From PVC group bacterium (lineage in GTDB: Bacteria > Verrucomicrobiota > Kiritimatiellia > CAIKKV01 > CAITUY01), in NCBI GenBank assembly GCA_945890715.1, contig CAMDCX010000003.1, positions 7,906-71,905 on the forward strand: DNA of 64,000 bases, written 5' to 3'. Shown piece after piece: positions 39,987 through 52,947 of this stretch. The notes under the pieces were generated by a model. That model was given only the letters and a program-made list of their open reading frames with translations, was not told where the DNA came from and ran no database searches. The translations under genes were made by a program, and so were the position numbers. How positions within the stretch are numbered: position 1 is the stretch's first letter; the number at the start of each line of letters is the position of its first letter.

Positions 39987-42900
39987 TTATCCCAAAAGCT
40001 CCTGAGCTTTCTTCAGCGCTTCGCTTTCCTGACGCAAGTCTTCCTCAGGAATCGGCTCCGCAAGAGGCACTAATTTGATGTTCCGGAACATTGGGAAACC
40101 GGTTCCGCCCGGAATCAAATGGCCCATGATAACATTCTCCTTGAAGCCATACAGCGTATCCACACGCCCCAGCGTGGCAGCCTCGGTCAGCACTCGGGTG
40201 GTATCTTGGAACGACGCCGCCGAAATAAAACTCTCGGTCTCGAGCGCCGCCTTGGTGATCCCAAGAAGAGCCGGAGACGCTTCCGCCGGACGTTTGCCCT
40301 CGGCCTGTGCCTTGGTGTTCATCTCCTGGAATAACCGTTTTTCCACCTGCTCGCCCCAAAGAAAATCAGTATCGCCCGCATCCGTGATCCGGACTTTGCG
40401 CAGCATTTGACGGACAATGATCTCGATGTGCTTGTCGTTGATTTCAACACCCTGCAACCGGTAGACTTCCTGAACCTGATTGACTAGGTATTCCTGCAAC
40501 TCCTGAGGGCCACAAATCTCCAGGATTTCCTGAGGAACCACGGGGCCTTCCGTGAGCTGTTGCCCCTTCTGAACATAATCGCCCTTATACACAACGATAT
40601 GCTTGCCCATCGGGATCAAATGCTGCTCCTCGTCACCCGTAACCGCATCACGGATCAACAAGCATCGACGTCCACGCTGATTCGCTCCAAAATCCACCAT
40701 ACCATCGATCTTCGCAATCTCGGCAGCATCCTTCGGCCTGCGAGCCTCAAACAGTTCCGCCACACGCGGCAGACCTCCAGTGATGTCCTTGGTCTTGGAC
40801 TCCTTACGAGGCGTCTTCGCGATCACCTCACCAGCCATGACCTTCTTCCCGTCCTTGATCATAACATGAGCGCCAGCCGGAATATTATACGCCATGGGCG
40901 GCTCGTTATGACCGAAGGTAATCACGATCTGGGGATGCAAATCCTCCTTGTGCTCAAGAACGACGGTACCCATCAGACCGGTGGACTGATCCACCTCCTT
41001 CTTGACCGTTACATTCTCAATAAACCCCTGGAAGTGAACCGTACCGGGCTTCTCCGCAAGAATAGGCACACTGTAGGGATCCCATTCGATGAAGCTTTGC
41101 CCCTTCTTTACCCTACCCCCATCCGCCTCGGCAATGATCGCGCCAATGGCGATCGAATGTCGCTCAACCTCACGGCCGGTATCATCAAAAACAGCCACAG
41201 AACCATTCTTATTAAGCACCACAAATTTGCCCTGCTCATTCACTACCGTACGCATATTGGTATACTGAATGATACCGTCGTGCTTGGAGATCACATGGGG
41301 CTGTTTAAAGACCGAGCTCGCGGTACCACCAATATGGAACGTCCGCATGGTCAACTGGGTACCCGGCTCACCAATGGATTGCGCCGCAATAATTCCGACA
41401 GCCGCACCCATTTCCACGGGGCGCCCATTCGAGAGATCGCGTCCATAGCACTTAGCACATATTCCTCGACGGGATTCGCATGTCAAAACACTGCGGATAC
41501 GAACCTTCTCAATATCCGCGTTCATAACCGCCTCGGCCAGCGCCTCATCAATGAGCCCACCAGCGGGAACAACCAGTTGACGCGTCACGGGATTAACAAT
41601 GTCGTTCAACGCCGTACGACCCTTGATGCGATCAGCCAACGAAACCACATTCTCATCGCCCTCACCGATGGCTTTAACCTCGATACCATTAAGGGTGTTG
41701 CAGTCTTGTTCGATGATCCGGACATCCTGGGCCACATCGACCAGTTTACGGGTTAAATACCCGGCATCAGCGGTCTTCAGGGCGGTATCAGCCAGACCTT
41801 TTCGGGCACCATGGGTACTGATGAAATACTCCAGAACACTCAGACCCTCTCGAAAATTCGACACAATGGGTCGCTCAATGATTTCCCCGGACGGCTTGGC
41901 CATCAAGCCTCGCATACCCGCCAGCTGACGAATTTGCTGGCGACTACCACGAGCCTTGGAGTCCACCATCATAAAGATCGGGTTGGCTTCCTCGCTCCCC
42001 GCATTCTCCTCGATCGCACGATACATGGCGTTCGAAGTTTCATCCGTCGCCTGGGTCCAAATATCGACGATCTTGTTGTAACGCTCTCCGTCCGTAATGA
42101 TACCGCGTCGATACTGGCTTTCCACCTCGCCCACAGCCTTATGCGCCTTGGCAATGATGTCTTCCTTCTCGGCCGGAATAATCATGTCCGACAAACCAAT
42201 CGAGATGCCCGCCAGCGTCGCGTTCTCAAAGCCAATGTTCTTGAGGCTTTCCAAAACTTTCACGGTCTCGGTATGGCCGCTGACACGATAACACTGCCAA
42301 ATCAACTTCCCGAGAAATGACTTATCGCAACAACGATTAATAAACCCAAGCGTCAAAGGAAGGATTTCGTTGAAGAAAACGCGACCAACGGTGGTGATCA
42401 ACATCTTTGAATGATTGTCGCCAAAAACCGTCTTGCGTCCAAAATCGGGATTCCTGAACCGGATGCGGTTGTGGATCTTAAGTGCGCCGTCATCATACGC
42501 CAGACGAACCTGGGACGCCTCATCAAAAATAGGAAGCCGTTCCTGCTCCTGACCCTGACCGGATGCTTTGCGTCGCACCTCCTTGATTCGATCCTTTTGG
42601 GCCGATGAAGTGAGGTAATAGATACCTAACGCAATATCCTGAGTAGGCGTCATAACCGGCTTGCCACTCGAGGGGGAGAACACATTGTTTGTTGAAAGCA
42701 TCAGAAGGCGAGACTCGATCTGGGCCTCGATAGACAACGGCACGTGCACCGCCATCTGATCCCCGTCGAAGTCGGCATTATATGCTGTACACACCAACGG
42801 ATGCACTTGGATCGCTTCTCCCTCCACCAGGATGGGCTCAAACGACTGAATGCTTAAACGGTGAAGCGTCGGCGCGCGGTTCAGCATGACGGTCTTGTCG

Positions 42901-44168
42901 CGCGTGATCTCCTCGAGAATTGCCCACACCTCGTCCGACTGCTTATCGATCAGTTTCTTCGCACTACGAACCGTGTGCGCTACACCCATTTCCTTCAGGC
43001 GACGAATGATGAAGGGCTCAAACAAAACCAGAGCCATCTTTTTAGGCAGTCCGCACTGATTCAGTTTAAGTTCGGGACCAACGACGATCACAGAGCGTCC
43101 GGAATAGTCGACCCGCTTTCCGAGCAGGTTCTGACGGAACCGTCCCCCCTTGCCCTTAAGCATATCGCTCAGGGATTTCAGCGGGCGATTCCCGGCTCCG
43201 GTAACGGCTCTTCCATGGCGCCCGTTATCAATGACGGCATCCACCGCCTCTTGAAGCATACGCTTCTCGTTTCGAATGATTACATCGGGCGTCTTGAGTT
43301 GGAGAAGATTCTTCAACCGGTTATTCCGATTGATGACCCGTCGATAAAGATCGTTCAGATCCGATGTCGCAAACCGCCCCCCCTCAAGAGGGACAAGCGG
43401 ACGCAAGTCAGGCGGAATCACCGGCAAGACTTCCATAATCATCCACTCCGGGCGGGTATTGCTAGTCAGGAATCCTTCCAGGACTTTCATGCGTTTGGAG
43501 TATTTTTTGCGATTTTGCTTGCTGCGCGTGGTCTCCATCTGCGCATCAAGCTCCGCAAGACACTTTTCCAAGTCGATTTTCTTCATCAGGTCGCGAACCG
43601 CTTCAGCGCCAATACGGGCCACAAATGCGTCGCCGTACTTCTCCTGAGCTTCTCGATATTCCATTTCGCTGAGAAGTTGCTTTTCCTGAAGCGGCGTATC
43701 GCCCGGCTCCACCACAACATAATCCTCATAGTAAAGAATGCGCTCCAAAGATCGGGCCGTCATATCGAGAACCAGACCCAAACGACTCGGAGTACATTTA
43801 AAAAACCAAATATGGGATACAGGAACCGCTAAATCAATATGCCCCATGCGTTCACGCCTCACGCGTGACTGCGTAATTTCTACGCCACACCGGTCGCAAA
43901 TCACACCCTTGTGCTTGATGCGCTTGTATTTCCCGCAACTGCACTCCCAGTCCCTCGTCGGGCCGAAGATGCGCTCGCAAAACAAACCGCCCTTCTCGGG
44001 CTTATAGGTACGATAGTTGATCGTTTCCGGGTTCTTCACCTCACCATGGCTCCACGACCGGATTGTTTCCGGTGAAGCCAGAGTGATGTTCACAGAATCA
44101 AACCCCTCCATCAGGGGCATTCCAAGCCGCTCACGGGCGGCAGAATTTGTCAAGGTACGTTCCGACAT
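39987..44168 (-). CDS. rpoC: RNA polymerase beta' subunit
   Basis: Catalytic [35 protein letters not shown]. Confidence 0.99.
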   Translation of the reverse strand: MSERTLTNSAARERLGMPLMEGFDSVNITLASPETIRSWSHGEVKNPETINYRTYKPEKGGLFCERIFGPTRDWECSCGKYKRIKHKGVICDRCGVEITQSRVRRERMGHIDLAVPVSHIWFFKCTPSRLGLVLDMTARSLERILYYEDYVVVEPGDTPLQEKQLLSEMEYREAQEKYGDAFVARIGAEAVRDLMKKIDLEKCLAELDAQMETTRSKQNRKKYSKRMKVLEGFLTSNTRPEWMIMEVLPVIPPDLRPLVPLEGGRFATSDLNDLYRRVINRNNRLKNLLQLKTPDVIIRNEKRMLQEAVDAVIDNGRHGRAVTGAGNRPLKSLSDMLKGKGGRFRQNLLGKRVDYSGRSVIVVGPELKLNQCGLPKKMALVLFEPFIIRRLKEMGVAHTVRSAKKLIDKQSDEVWAILEEITRDKTVMLNRAPTLHRLSIQSFEPILVEGEAIQVHPLVCTAYNADFDGDQMAVHVPLSIEAQIESRLLMLSTNNVFSPSSGKPVMTPTQDIALGIYYLTSSAQKDRIKEVRRKASGQGQEQERLPIFDEASQVRLAYDDGALKIHNRIRFRNPDFGRKTVFGDNHSKMLITTVGRVFFNEILPLTLGFINRCCDKSFLGKLIWQCYRVSGHTETVKVLESLKNIGFENATLAGISIGLSDMIIPAEKEDIIAKAHKAVGEVESQYRRGIITDGERYNKIVDIWTQATDETSNAMYRAIEENAGSEEANPIFMMVDSKARGSRQQIRQLAGMRGLMAKPSGEIIERPIVSNFREGLSVLEYFISTHGARKGLADTALKTADAGYLTRKLVDVAQDVRIIEQDCNTLNGIEVKAIGEGDENVVSLADRIKGRTALNDIVNPVTRQLVVPAGGLIDEALAEAVMNADIEKVRIRSVLTCESRRGICAKCYGRDLSNGRPVEMGAAVGIIAAQSIGEPGTQLTMRTFHIGGTASSVFKQPHVISKHDGIIQYTNMRTVVNEQGKFVVLNKNGSVAVFDDTGREVERHSIAIGAIIAEADGGRVKKGQSFIEWDPYSVPILAEKPGTVHFQGFIENVTVKKEVDQSTGLMGTVVLEHKEDLHPQIVITFGHNEPPMAYNIPAGAHVMIKDGKKVMAGEVIAKTPRKESKTKDITGGLPRVAELFEARRPKDAAEIAKIDGMVDFGANQRGRRCLLIRDAVTGDEEQHLIPMGKHIVVYKGDYVQKGQQLTEGPVVPQEILEICGPQELQEYLVNQVQEVYRLQGVEINDKHIEIIVRQMLRKVRITDAGDTDFLWGEQVEKRLFQEMNTKAQAEGKRPAEASPALLGITKAALETESFISAASFQDTTRVLTEAATLGRVDTLYGFKENVIMGHLIPGGTGFPMFRNIKLVPLAEPIPEEDLRQESEALKKAQELLG

Positions 44169-44196
44169 AGGTGACTCAGCGTTACCGCCGCCTCCG

Positions 44197-47100
44197 TTAA
44201 ACTCGTTTTTCCTTCGCTTCAGCCCGCACGTCCAACCCAATGGCCCTCAACTCGTTAATCAGCACGTTGAATGACTCGGGGCGATCCGCCTCAAGCACAT
44301 TCTCGCCTTTCACGATGGACTCATAAATCCGGGTGCGCCCATTGGTGTCGTCGCTCTTGACGGTCAACAACTCCTGTAGCGCGAATGCCGCTCCATAAGC
44401 CTCAAGCGCCCACACTTCCATCTCCCCCAAGCGCTGTCCGCCATACTGCGCCTTGCCCCCCAGCGGCTGCTGGGTGACGAGCGAGTACGGCCCTACCGCA
44501 CGGGCATGGATCTTGTCACTGACCAAATGGTGAAGCTTTAGCATATAGATATAACCCACCACCACCCGCTGATCAAATGATTCACCGGTACGTCCGTCAA
44601 AAAGTTGCGTCTTCCCATCGGACGGAAGTTTTGCATCCTTCATCAGATCGTGAATTCGCTTTTCAGAAATACCGTCAAAGACCGGTGTGCTGGCATACAA
44701 CCCAAGGATCTTACAGGCCCACCCCAAGTGCGTTTCAAGAACCTGCCCCACGTTCATACGTGACGGCACGCCGAGCGGATTAAGCACAATGTCAACGGGA
44801 GTCCCATCAGGCAGGAACGGCATATCCGCTTCCGGCAGAATTCGAGCCACAACGCCCTTGTTTCCATGGCGTCCAGCCATCTTGTCACCAACCGATAGCT
44901 TTTTCTTGCTGGCGATGTAAACACGAACCTGCTTGATAATTCCCTGATCCACTTCATCGCCGCTCTCTAGGCGATCCATGGCGTTTTCGTATTCATGCTC
45001 AAGCTCAATGAACTTCTGCTGATATTCGCCAATGATTTCCTGTATCTTGATCTGAATAGGACTGCTTTCGATCGCAATATGAGCGCTCTCATTTGCCAGC
45101 TTGCGCAACAGCGTCTTGGTAATCTTCCGGTTGGCGGGAATAATAATCTCACTGGAATCAATATTCACAACATCCAGCGGAATTTTTTCACCCAACAGGA
45201 TGTTGCTCAGCGCTTCTGTAAGCTGATCCACCAATTCCTGCTTTTTGGATTGCTGCTCCTGAGTCACATTTTTGGCTTGGCGCTTCCGTTCCGCAGGTGT
45301 CATCTTTTCCCGGGCAATGTCCTTGTGAGCCGAGACCTTGACATCCATCACGATTCCATAGGTTCCGCTCGGAACTGTCAGGGACGTGTCGCGAACATCC
45401 GCTGCCTTTTCACCGAAAATCGCACGCAACAAGCGTTCCTCCGGAGCCAGTTCGGTTTCGCTTTTGGGCGTGATCTTTCCGACAAGAATATCATCGGGCT
45501 TGACCTCCGCACCAATTCGAATCACCCCGTCTGAACCCAGATTACGAAGAGCCTCTTCTCCGACATTTGGAATATCCCGCGTGATTTCCTCCGGCCCAAG
45601 CTTGGTATCACGGGCGCCTGCCTCAAATTCCTGAATATGAATTGAGGTGAACACATCGTCCCGAACCACCCGCTCACTGATTAGAATGGCATCTTCGAAG
45701 TTGTAGCCGCACCACGGCATGAACGCCACGAGTACATTGCGTCCGATCGCCAATTCGCCACCCGCAGTGGCCGGACCGTCAGCCAAGACATCGCCCGTCC
45801 TGATCTTCTGACCAACTCGCACAACTGGTTTTTGATTGACGCAGGTTCCGGCATTCGAACGCATAAACTTGTTCAGGCTATACGTCCGCTCACTATCCTT
45901 CTTCTTACCTGCCGCCTTATCATTCGTCACAACGACTTTATTGGCCGAAACATAGGTCACCACGCCGGGCTCCACGGCAAGCATCAGTACACCCGAATCA
46001 TGCGCAATTCGCCCCTCGAGGCCGGTTGCCACAAACGGACGCTCCGTCTCCAGAAGAGGGACGGCCTGACGCATCATGTTCGATCCCATCAAGGCACGAT
46101 TCGCATCATCGTGCTCCAGGAAAGGAATCAATCCGGCCGCCACCGACACAACCTGCTTGGGCGACACATCCATGTAGTCCACCTTCTCCTTCGGGACCTC
46201 CATAAACTCGCCACGATGCCGAACGGCAATCGCTTCACGCGACATGCGGCTACGGGCATCCAGCGGCGTATTGGCCTGGGCAATGACGAATTTCTCCTCG
46301 CGATCGGCACTGAGATATTCAACAGAATCCGAGACCGTCCCGTTATTCACCTTGCGGTAGGGCGTCTCAATAAATCCGTACTCATTGACGCGGGCATAAA
46401 TGCCCAGCGAGGAAATCAGGCCGATGTTCGGCCCTTCCGGTGTTTCAATGGGACAAATCCGACCATAATGACTGCTGTGAACGTCACGAACCTCAAATCC
46501 CGCACGTTCTCGGCTCAACCCGCCCGGACCCAGCGCGCTGAGACGTCGCTTATGCGCCAACTCGGACAACGGATTGGTCTGATCCATAAACTGGCTCAAC
46601 TGACTGCGTCCGAAGAAATCCTTCACAACGGCAGACAATGTTTTGGGATTAACCAGGCGTTGCGGGGTTAGAGTCCCCGTGTTTGGATCAAACAAGGTCA
46701 TTCGCTCACGCACCAGTCGCTCCGCACGAGCCAAGCCCACCCGGCACTGGTTTTCAATCAGTTCACCGATCGTACGCAATCGGCGGCTTCCAAGATGATC
46801 AATGTCATCAATGGTTCCCTGCCCGCTTCGAATGCTGATCAGATAGCGAATGGCCGCAATCAGGTCGCTTCCATCCGGGCTCAATGTACGCAGGCGCTCC
46901 TCTTCCGTGACGGTGATGAAGGCATCCTTTTCTTTCGTGTCCTTCTTCCCCATAATCACGGAAATCAAGTCCATGGAATCCTTGATTTCCGAGTCCAATT
47001 TCTGGCTGATCTTGTACCGACCAACCCGACCCAGATCATAACGCCGCACATCAAAAAACAGCCGTTTGAGCAACTGGCGGGCATTTGACACCGTGGCGGG

Positions 47101-48027
47101 ATCTCCCGGCCGTAATCGGAGATAAATGTCTTTCAGGGCGTCATCCATCGAATGCGTAGGATCTTCCTTGATGCTCTTCAACATCACCCCGGAGTCCCAG
47201 GAAACATCAACTACCTCGACATCCTTAAACCCTGCAGCCTTCATCTGAGACAGCACGTTTTCGGAAAGAGGTTCATAACGGCGAGCCAGCACGGTTTGGG
47301 AATCGACATCAATGACATCATCCCGGAAAACCAAGGTCGCAAGCTTCTCCGCGCTGACTGACTCAGACATCTTCATCTTTCGGAAGGTGTAGAATAAGCC
47401 AAGCAGATCGGCATCAGTTCCATAACCTAATGCGCGAAGAAAAGTTGTCGCTAAAAATTTCCGGCGCCGGTGGCGACGATCCATGTAGATCCACAACAGA
47501 TCTGAGGCATCAAACTGAACCTCCACCCACGATCCCCGATCGGGAATAATGCGGAAGGAATACAGCATATTGCCGCTGGAATGAACGGACTGCTCGAAAC
47601 AGATCCCGGGCGACCGGTGCAACTGACTGACAATAACCCTCTCGGCACCGTTGATCACGAAGGAACCCTGCGGCGTCATGAGCGGAATTTCGCCCATATA
47701 CACGGTTTCCTCGCGAACCTCTTCCCCGTCCTTGAGCCGGAACGTTACATGCAGGGTTCCGGCATAAGTCTGCCCTTCCCGAAGAACCTCAAAAGGATCT
47801 GCCTTGGGGAGAGTAAACTCATACTTCACAAAATCCAACACGTACCGCCCATCGTAGCTCTCGATGGGGAAAACTTCCTTGAAGACCGCCTGCAGTCCCA
47901 TGTTATGGCGACCACCGGGGGCGATATCGAGTTGGAGGAAATCTTTGTAAGACGCCGTCTGAATTTCAATCAGATTGGGCGGCTCGATTACCTCGACCAG
48001 TTTTCCGAAGTTCGTTCTCTCAACCAT
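44197..48027 (-). CDS. rpoB: RNA polymerase beta subunit
   Basis: [38 protein letters not shown]. Confidence 0.99.
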   Translation of the reverse strand: MVERTNFGKLVEVIEPPNLIEIQTASYKDFLQLDIAPGGRHNMGLQAVFKEVFPIESYDGRYVLDFVKYEFTLPKADPFEVLREGQTYAGTLHVTFRLKDGEEVREETVYMGEIPLMTPQGSFVINGAERVIVSQLHRSPGICFEQSVHSSGNMLYSFRIIPDRGSWVEVQFDASDLLWIYMDRRHRRRKFLATTFLRALGYGTDADLLGLFYTFRKMKMSESVSAEKLATLVFRDDVIDVDSQTVLARRYEPLSENVLSQMKAAGFKDVEVVDVSWDSGVMLKSIKEDPTHSMDDALKDIYLRLRPGDPATVSNARQLLKRLFFDVRRYDLGRVGRYKISQKLDSEIKDSMDLISVIMGKKDTKEKDAFITVTEEERLRTLSPDGSDLIAAIRYLISIRSGQGTIDDIDHLGSRRLRTIGELIENQCRVGLARAERLVRERMTLFDPNTGTLTPQRLVNPKTLSAVVKDFFGRSQLSQFMDQTNPLSELAHKRRLSALGPGGLSRERAGFEVRDVHSSHYGRICPIETPEGPNIGLISSLGIYARVNEYGFIETPYRKVNNGTVSDSVEYLSADREEKFVIAQANTPLDARSRMSREAIAVRHRGEFMEVPKEKVDYMDVSPKQVVSVAAGLIPFLEHDDANRALMGSNMMRQAVPLLETERPFVATGLEGRIAHDSGVLMLAVEPGVVTYVSANKVVVTNDKAAGKKKDSERTYSLNKFMRSNAGTCVNQKPVVRVGQKIRTGDVLADGPATAGGELAIGRNVLVAFMPWCGYNFEDAILISERVVRDDVFTSIHIQEFEAGARDTKLGPEEITRDIPNVGEEALRNLGSDGVIRIGAEVKPDDILVGKITPKSETELAPEERLLRAIFGEKAADVRDTSLTVPSGTYGIVMDVKVSAHKDIAREKMTPAERKRQAKNVTQEQQSKKQELVDQLTEALSNILLGEKIPLDVVNIDSSEIIIPANRKITKTLLRKLANESAHIAIESSPIQIKIQEIIGEYQQKFIELEHEYENAMDRLESGDEVDQGIIKQVRVYIASKKKLSVGDKMAGRHGNKGVVARILPEADMPFLPDGTPVDIVLNPLGVPSRMNVGQVLETHLGWACKILGLYASTPVFDGISEKRIHDLMKDAKLPSDGKTQLFDGRTGESFDQRVVVGYIYMLKLHHLVSDKIHARAVGPYSLVTQQPLGGKAQYGGQRLGEMEVWALEAYGAAFALQELLTVKSDDTNGRTRIYESIVKGENVLEADRPESFNVLINELRAIGLDVRAEAKEKRV

Positions 48028-48114
48028 TCAAGCACCTGCTGAACCGGGTTTTCCAGGACACCACCACCGCGACCCCATGGCCGCCCGTCGCAAACCACAA
48101 CCTCAGAAGGGGGC

Positions 48115-48513
48115 TTACTTGATCTCGACGGTTGCGCCAGCCTTCTCCAAGACTTCCTTGAGCTTGGCGGCTTCGTCCTTGGAAACACCTTCCTTGACGG
48201 TCTTCGGGGCACCTTCGACCAGATCCTTCGATTCTTTGAGACCCAGACCGGTAATGCTACGGATTTCCTTGATGACGCCGATCTTGTTGCCACCCGCACT
48301 GGCGAGCACAACCGTGAACTCCGTCTTCTCAACCGCTGCTGCCGCCGCCGCACCCGCCGGGGCTGCCGCCGCCATGGCCATCGGCGCCGAGGCGCTGACT
48401 CCCAGGCGCTGCTCCAGGCCCTTCACCAGCTGTGAGAGCTCCAGCACGCTCATGCTCTCGATCGCTTTGACAATCTCTTCCATCTTGCCTTCCAACTTGA
48501 TTTCCTCAGACAT
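48115..48513 (-). CDS. rplL: 50S ribosomal protein L7/L12
   Basis: Ala-rich hinge, [18 protein letters not shown]. Confidence 0.97.
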   Translation of the reverse strand: MSEEIKLEGKMEEIVKAIESMSVLELSQLVKGLEQRLGVSASAPMAMAAAAPAGAAAAAAVEKTEFTVVLASAGGNKIGVIKEIRSITGLGLKESKDLVEGAPKTVKEGVSKDEAAKLKEVLEKAGATVEIK

Positions 48514-48556
48514 GGTATTCTCCCTTTTCTTAACTCTAACACTAAAACAAACGTCA

Positions 48557-49072
48557 CTACGCCGCGTTCTTCTTGTCCTCGACAGCCTTCAATACGTAAA
48601 CAATAGTCGACACCTTCTGTTTCAACACGCCTACCAGACGCGACAGAGGAGCCGCCACGGTGCCCACCACCTGGCCCAACAACACTTCCCGGGGAGGCAG
48701 TTCCGCCAAGACATCAATCTGTTCCGAAGTAAGGATCAGGTTCCCCATGACCCCCGCCTTCATGGTTGGCAACCCGCCTGTACGACTGAATTGCTTGATC
48801 GTCTTGGCCGCCTGAACCACATCCGTACCGGTTATGATCGCGGACTGCCCCTTGAAGGACGTCTCCAGACCCGACCAGCCCTTATCCCGCATGATCAAGC
48901 GCAGAAAACGATTTTTAACAACCTGCATCCGGGCGCCCGTCTTGCGAAGCTGACGGCGCAACTCGGAGAACTGATCCACCTTCATACCGCGGTATTCCGC
49001 CACCAGCACAAAAGATGACCCGTTAATCCGGGCGGTTATTTCCTCATAAATCGATTGTTTTTCCGGTCTCAT
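48557..49072 (-). CDS. rplJ: 50S ribosomal protein L10
   Basis: [18 protein letters not shown]; position in the operon. Confidence 0.95.
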   Translation of the reverse strand: MRPEKQSIYEEITARINGSSFVLVAEYRGMKVDQFSELRRQLRKTGARMQVVKNRFLRLIMRDKGWSGLETSFKGQSAIITGTDVVQAAKTIKQFSRTGGLPTMKAGVMGNLILTSEQIDVLAELPPREVLLGQVVGTVAAPLSRLVGVLKQKVSTIVYVLKAVEDKKNAA

Positions 49073-49089
49073 AGCACCGAGCCTTTTTA

Positions 49090-49773
49090 TTAATCCCTCA
49101 CATCCACACGGAGACCTACTCCCATCGTGGAACTGAGCGTACAGCGTTTGATAAATGCACCCTTGGCCGCAGCCGGGCGTGCCGCCCGAACCGCCACGAT
49201 CAGGGCGTTAACATTCTCCAGAAGCTTGGACTCATCGAACGATAGCTTCCCGAAGGGAACCTGGACATTGCCGCTGCGATCCATGCGGTATTCCACGCGC
49301 CCCGCCTTGCTATCACGCACTGCTGAAGCGGTATCATCCGTGACCGTCCCGGTCTTCGGGTTCGGCATCAAGCCACGAGGACCCAACACTTTTCCCAGTT
49401 TGCGGACTTCCTTCATGGCATCCGGCGTCGCGATAGCGACATCGAATTCCGTCCACCCTCCCTTGACCTTTTCGATTAAATCTTCGTTCCCGACGACATC
49501 GGCACCCGCAGCCCGGGCCGCATCAGCCGCAGCCCCGGCAGCAAACACCGCGATGCGGATTTTCTTACCCGTCCCGTGAGGAAGCCCGACCGTGCCGCGC
49601 ACCGTCTGATCCGTCTTCTTCGTATCCACTCCAAGCCGAATCGCAATCTCTGCGGTTTCGTCAAACTTGGAAACCTTGTTCGCTTTCAGGAAGCGAATCG
49701 CCTCAGCCAGGTCATAGACCTTGTTCTCGACGCCGGCCTTCACCTTGTTATATTTTTTTCCGTGAGTTGCCAT
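49090..49773 (-). CDS. rplA: 50S ribosomal protein L1
   Basis: [27 protein letters not shown]. Confidence 0.97.
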   Translation of the reverse strand: MATHGKKYNKVKAGVENKVYDLAEAIRFLKANKVSKFDETAEIAIRLGVDTKKTDQTVRGTVGLPHGTGKKIRIAVFAAGAAADAARAAGADVVGNEDLIEKVKGGWTEFDVAIATPDAMKEVRKLGKVLGPRGLMPNPKTGTVTDDTASAVRDSKAGRVEYRMDRSGNVQVPFGKLSFDESKLLENVNALIVAVRAARPAAAKGAFIKRCTLSSTMGVGLRVDVRD

Positions 49774-49775
49774 GG

Positions 49776-50201
49776 TTAACGAACCACCTCGATTCCCATG
49801 CTACGCGCCGTTCCCTCGATCATGCGGGCGGCGTGATTTTCATCGGTTGCATTCAGATCATTCATTTTGGTGCGCACGATCGCAAGCACCTGCTGGGCCG
49901 TCACCTTGCCAACCTTGTCGCGGTTAGGCTGCGCGGATCCCTTGGCCAGACCGGCCTCACGCTTCAACAGCGAGGAAGCGGGCGGGCTTTTGGTGATGAA
50001 CGTGAACGAGCGATCCTGGTAGACTGTGATGACCACGGGGATCACCAAGCCAGCCATGCTCTGCGTCGTCGCGTTGAATTCCTTGCAGAACTGCATGATA
50101 TTCACACCGTGCTGACCCAGCGCCGGCCCCACGGGGGGCGCCGGATTCGCCTGCCCGGCGGGAATCTGCAACTTGATTTTTCCTGTTACTTTCTTTGCCA
50201 T
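49776..50201 (-). CDS. rplK: 50S ribosomal protein L11
   Basis: [22 protein letters not shown]. Confidence 0.98.
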   Translation of the reverse strand: MAKKVTGKIKLQIPAGQANPAPPVGPALGQHGVNIMQFCKEFNATTQSMAGLVIPVVITVYQDRSFTFITKSPPASSLLKREAGLAKGSAQPNRDKVGKVTAQQVLAIVRTKMNDLNATDENHAARMIEGTARSMGIEVVR

Positions 50202-50231
50202 ATCTTTCCCCTGCCTCGCCGTCGCGAAGGC

Positions 50232-50783
50232 TTACTGCCGTTCCACCTGCCAGCACTCCAGTTCCACCGGAGCCGAGCGGCCGAAAATGGCCACCGACAC
50301 CTTTAGTTTGCCTCGATCCGCATCCACTTCGTCCACGGTGCCGGTAAAATTCATGAAGGGACCATCCGTGATTTTGACCGTCTCTCCGGCCTCGTAAATC
50401 ACCTTCGGCTTGACCTTCTCCTTCTTCTCTTCCACCTGGAACAGAAGCTGCTCAACTTCATCGGGTCTGAGAGGCGCAGGCCGTTCTCCACCCACAAACC
50501 CGATCACACCGGGCGTCTCGCGAATAAAATACCAGACCGTGTCGACGACTTTCTTGTCATCGCCGTAAAGTCGCATGTTCACCAGGACGTACCCCGGGAA
50601 AAATTTACGCGTGATGACGCTCTTGACCCCTTTTTTCGTTTCGGAGACTTTTTCCGTGGGAATCAGGATCGGCCCGACATAGTCCCGCATCTCCTCCTTG
50701 TCGAGGCGGCGCTCAATGCTTTCCTTGACCTTCGCCTCCTGGCCGGTCAACGTATGCAGCACAAACCACTGTTTTTCACTCAT
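50232..50783 (-). CDS. nusG: transcription termination/antitermination factor NusG (housekeeping)
   Basis: [36 protein letters not shown]; lies between secE and rplK. Confidence 0.97.
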   Translation of the reverse strand: MSEKQWFVLHTLTGQEAKVKESIERRLDKEEMRDYVGPILIPTEKVSETKKGVKSVITRKFFPGYVLVNMRLYGDDKKVVDTVWYFIRETPGVIGFVGGERPAPLRPDEVEQLLFQVEEKKEKVKPKVIYEAGETVKITDGPFMNFTGTVDEVDADRGKLKVSVAIFGRSAPVELECWQVERQ

Positions 50784-50807
50784 GAAAACCCCGGTCCTGA
50801 ATGCCCG

Positions 50808-51029
50808 TTAATGACGCGCAAGAAAACCCATACACTTTCGCAACACGGTGTCGCAGAGTCCGATATAAATCGCGAACAAGATCACCGACACGATCACCAC
50901 CACCGTGGACTCGATCAATTCCCCCCGTGTCGGCCAGGTGGACTTGCGCAGCTCGTTCTGGACATCTGCCAGAAAAAACCGGACTTTTCTAAAAGTTTCC
51001 GTTACCGTGCTCACCAATTTACTCCACAC
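50808..51029 (-). CDS. secE: preprotein translocase SecE (start uncertain)
   Basis: ELRKSTWPTR followed by a single TM; position in the cluster. Confidence 0.93.
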   Translation of the reverse strand: MWSKLVSTVTETFRKVRFFLADVQNELRKSTWPTRGELIESTVVVIVSVILFAIYIGLCDTVLRKCMGFLARH

Positions 51030-51041
51030 TCATGTCTCATT

Positions 51042-51117
51042 TGGCAGGCCAGGAGGGCATCGAACCCGCAACCTCCGGTTTTGGAGACCGGCGCTCTGCC
51101 AATTGAGCTACTGGCCT
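51042..51117 (-). tRNA. tRNA-Trp (CCA)
   Basis: AGGCCAGTAGCTCAATTGGCAGAGCGCCGGTCT-CCA-AAACCGGAGGTTGCGGGTTCGATGCCCTCCTGGCCTGCCA folds as a cloverleaf with encoded CCA end. Confidence 0.96.
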
Positions 51118-51133
51118 ATATCAAGTCAACCCC

Positions 51134-51286
51134 TTACCGGGTCTCCTTGTGAATCGTATGCTTCTTCTCGAATCGGCAGTACTTCTTAAGTTCCATCCGA
51201 TCCGGTGTCAGCCGTTTGTTTTTCGTAGTCGTGTAATTCCGACGCTTGCAATCCGTGCAGGCGAGCGTGACCAATTCCCTTGCCAT
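51134..51286 (-). CDS. rpmG: 50S ribosomal protein L33
   Basis: [24 protein letters not shown]...ELKKYC...HKETR. Confidence 0.97.
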   Translation of the reverse strand: MARELVTLACTDCKRRNYTTTKNKRLTPDRMELKKYCRFEKKHTIHKETR

Positions 51287-51374
51287 GGTGTTCCATCCTT
51301 CATCAGAGCAACGGGCGGCGTCCCTGCGGCGCACCGCCCGCGCATATTATCCCGACCCACGGCCGGATGATTGG

Positions 51375-52583
51375 TTATTGCAAAATTTCCGTCACCGTAC
51401 CGGCGCCCACCGTGCGTCCACCCTCACGAATGGCGAACCGCATGGATTTCTCCATGGCGATCGGAGCGATCAGGGTCACTTCCATCGAAATATTGTCACC
51501 GGGCATCACCATTTCGACGCCTTCAGGCAACGTGACGTCACCCGTCACATCCGTCGTGCGGAAATAGAACTGCGGGCGATACCCCTTGAAGAACGGGGTA
51601 TGACGTCCACCCTCATCCTTGCTCAGAACATACACTTCGCACTTGAACTTCGCGTGCGGCAGGATCGAACCCGGCTTCGCCAGAACCTGACCCCGCTCCA
51701 CATCTTCCTTCTTCGTGCTGCGCAACAGGCAACCCACATTGTCACCCGCCTGGCCCTGATCCAACAGCTTACGGAACATTTCCACGCCCGTGACTGTCGT
51801 CTTGACTGTCGGCTTCAAGCCCACGATTTCAACTTCCTCGCCAACCTTGATGATCCCGCGCTCGATACGGCCCGTCACCACGGTTCCACGTCCTTCAATC
51901 GAGAACACATCTTCGATCGAAAGCAGAAACGCCTGATCAATTACGCGAACCGGCTCAGGAATAAAGGTATCCAGGGCTTCCATCAGCTCCTTGATGCATT
52001 TCGTGCCGGGATCATCAGGAGACGTGGCCGAAATGGCCGCCAACGCGCTGCCGCGGATGATCGGGGTCGTATCCCCGGGGTAATCATACTTGCTCAGCAA
52101 TTCGCGGATTTCCAGCTCGACAAGATCCAGCAACTCGGGATCATCCACCGTGTCCACCTTGTTCAGGAACACGACCACCTTGGGCACACCGACCTGGCGA
52201 GCCAACAGGATGTGCTCGCGAGTCTGGGGCATCGGACCGTCCGAGGCGCTGACCACAAGAATCGCGCCGTCCATCTGGGCCGCACCCGTGATCATGTTCT
52301 TGACATAGTCCGCATGGCCGGGACAGTCGACATGCGCATAATGACGCTTCTCGGAGCTGTACTCCACATGCGAGGTCGCAATGGTCAGAATCTTGGTGGG
52401 ATCACGGCGACCCTGCGATTCCGAGGCCTTCGCAACCTGATCATACTTGACATAGGTGCTCAAGCCACGCAATGACTGCACATAGGTAATGGCCGCCGTC
52501 AAGGTGGTCTTACCATGGTCAACATGCCCGATTGTACCCACATTCACATGAGGCTTGGTTCTGTTAAATGATTCCTTCGCCAT
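51375..52583 (-). CDS. tuf: elongation factor Tu (atypical switch I)
   Basis: [44 protein letters not shown]. Confidence 0.98.
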   Translation of the reverse strand: MAKESFNRTKPHVNVGTIGHVDHGKTTLTAAITYVQSLRGLSTYVKYDQVAKASESQGRRDPTKILTIATSHVEYSSEKRHYAHVDCPGHADYVKNMITGAAQMDGAILVVSASDGPMPQTREHILLARQVGVPKVVVFLNKVDTVDDPELLDLVELEIRELLSKYDYPGDTTPIIRGSALAAISATSPDDPGTKCIKELMEALDTFIPEPVRVIDQAFLLSIEDVFSIEGRGTVVTGRIERGIIKVGEEVEIVGLKPTVKTTVTGVEMFRKLLDQGQAGDNVGCLLRSTKKEDVERGQVLAKPGSILPHAKFKCEVYVLSKDEGGRHTPFFKGYRPQFYFRTTDVTGDVTLPEGVEMVMPGDNISMEVTLIAPIAMEKSMRFAIREGGRTVGAGTVTEILQ

Positions 52584-52660
52584 TGTCGTACTCCTTACTT
52601 TTTCCCTGCTTCAGTCGTTTTTTTTACCGTTCCGGCCAGCCGGATATTCCCAATCAAATC

Positions 52661-52736
52661 TGGAGCCCACGAGCGGGATCGAACCGCTGACCTCGTCCTT
52701 ACCAAGGACGTGCTCTACCAACTGAGCTACGGGGGC
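52661..52736 (-). tRNA. tRNA-Thr (GGT)
   Basis: GCCCCCGTAGCTCAGTTGGTAGAGCACGTCCTT-GGT-AAGGACGAGGTCAGCGGTTCGATCCCGCTCGTGGGCTCCA; upstream of tuf. Confidence 0.95.
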
Positions 52737-52873
52737 TTCGCGTTCAATCCTTGCCAAAAACAAACACAAAAGAACGAATTCCTGTTGCTTTCATCAAATC
52801 CGGCAACAGAAAACTTCGCTCTCTATTATTTATCCCACAAAAAAAGGCCTACCAACTAAAAATCAGATCGAAG

Positions 52874-52901
52874 AAAGTACCACAGTCCGATTTGATGTCA
52901 A
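52874..52901 (-). promoter_or_regulatory. strong sigma70-type promoter of the tRNA-Thr/tuf cluster
   Basis: TTGACA-N16-TACTTT with a TGG extension and upstream A-tracts resembling an UP element (52905-52931). Confidence 0.65.
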
Positions 52902-52947
52902 CCACTTTGTCTCTTTTTTGTAATTTTTTTTCATCCCCCGCTTCACC

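Noticed and set aside
44168-44240. Possible rpoB-rpoC fusion or overlap suggested by the ORF track
   Set aside because: rpoB has its own TAA at 44197-44199; rpoC is in a different frame with a plausible ATG at 44168.
51042-52736. tRNA genes as integration sites for an island or prophage
   Set aside because: No integrase, duplicated tRNA 3' end or foreign gene block is seen nearby.
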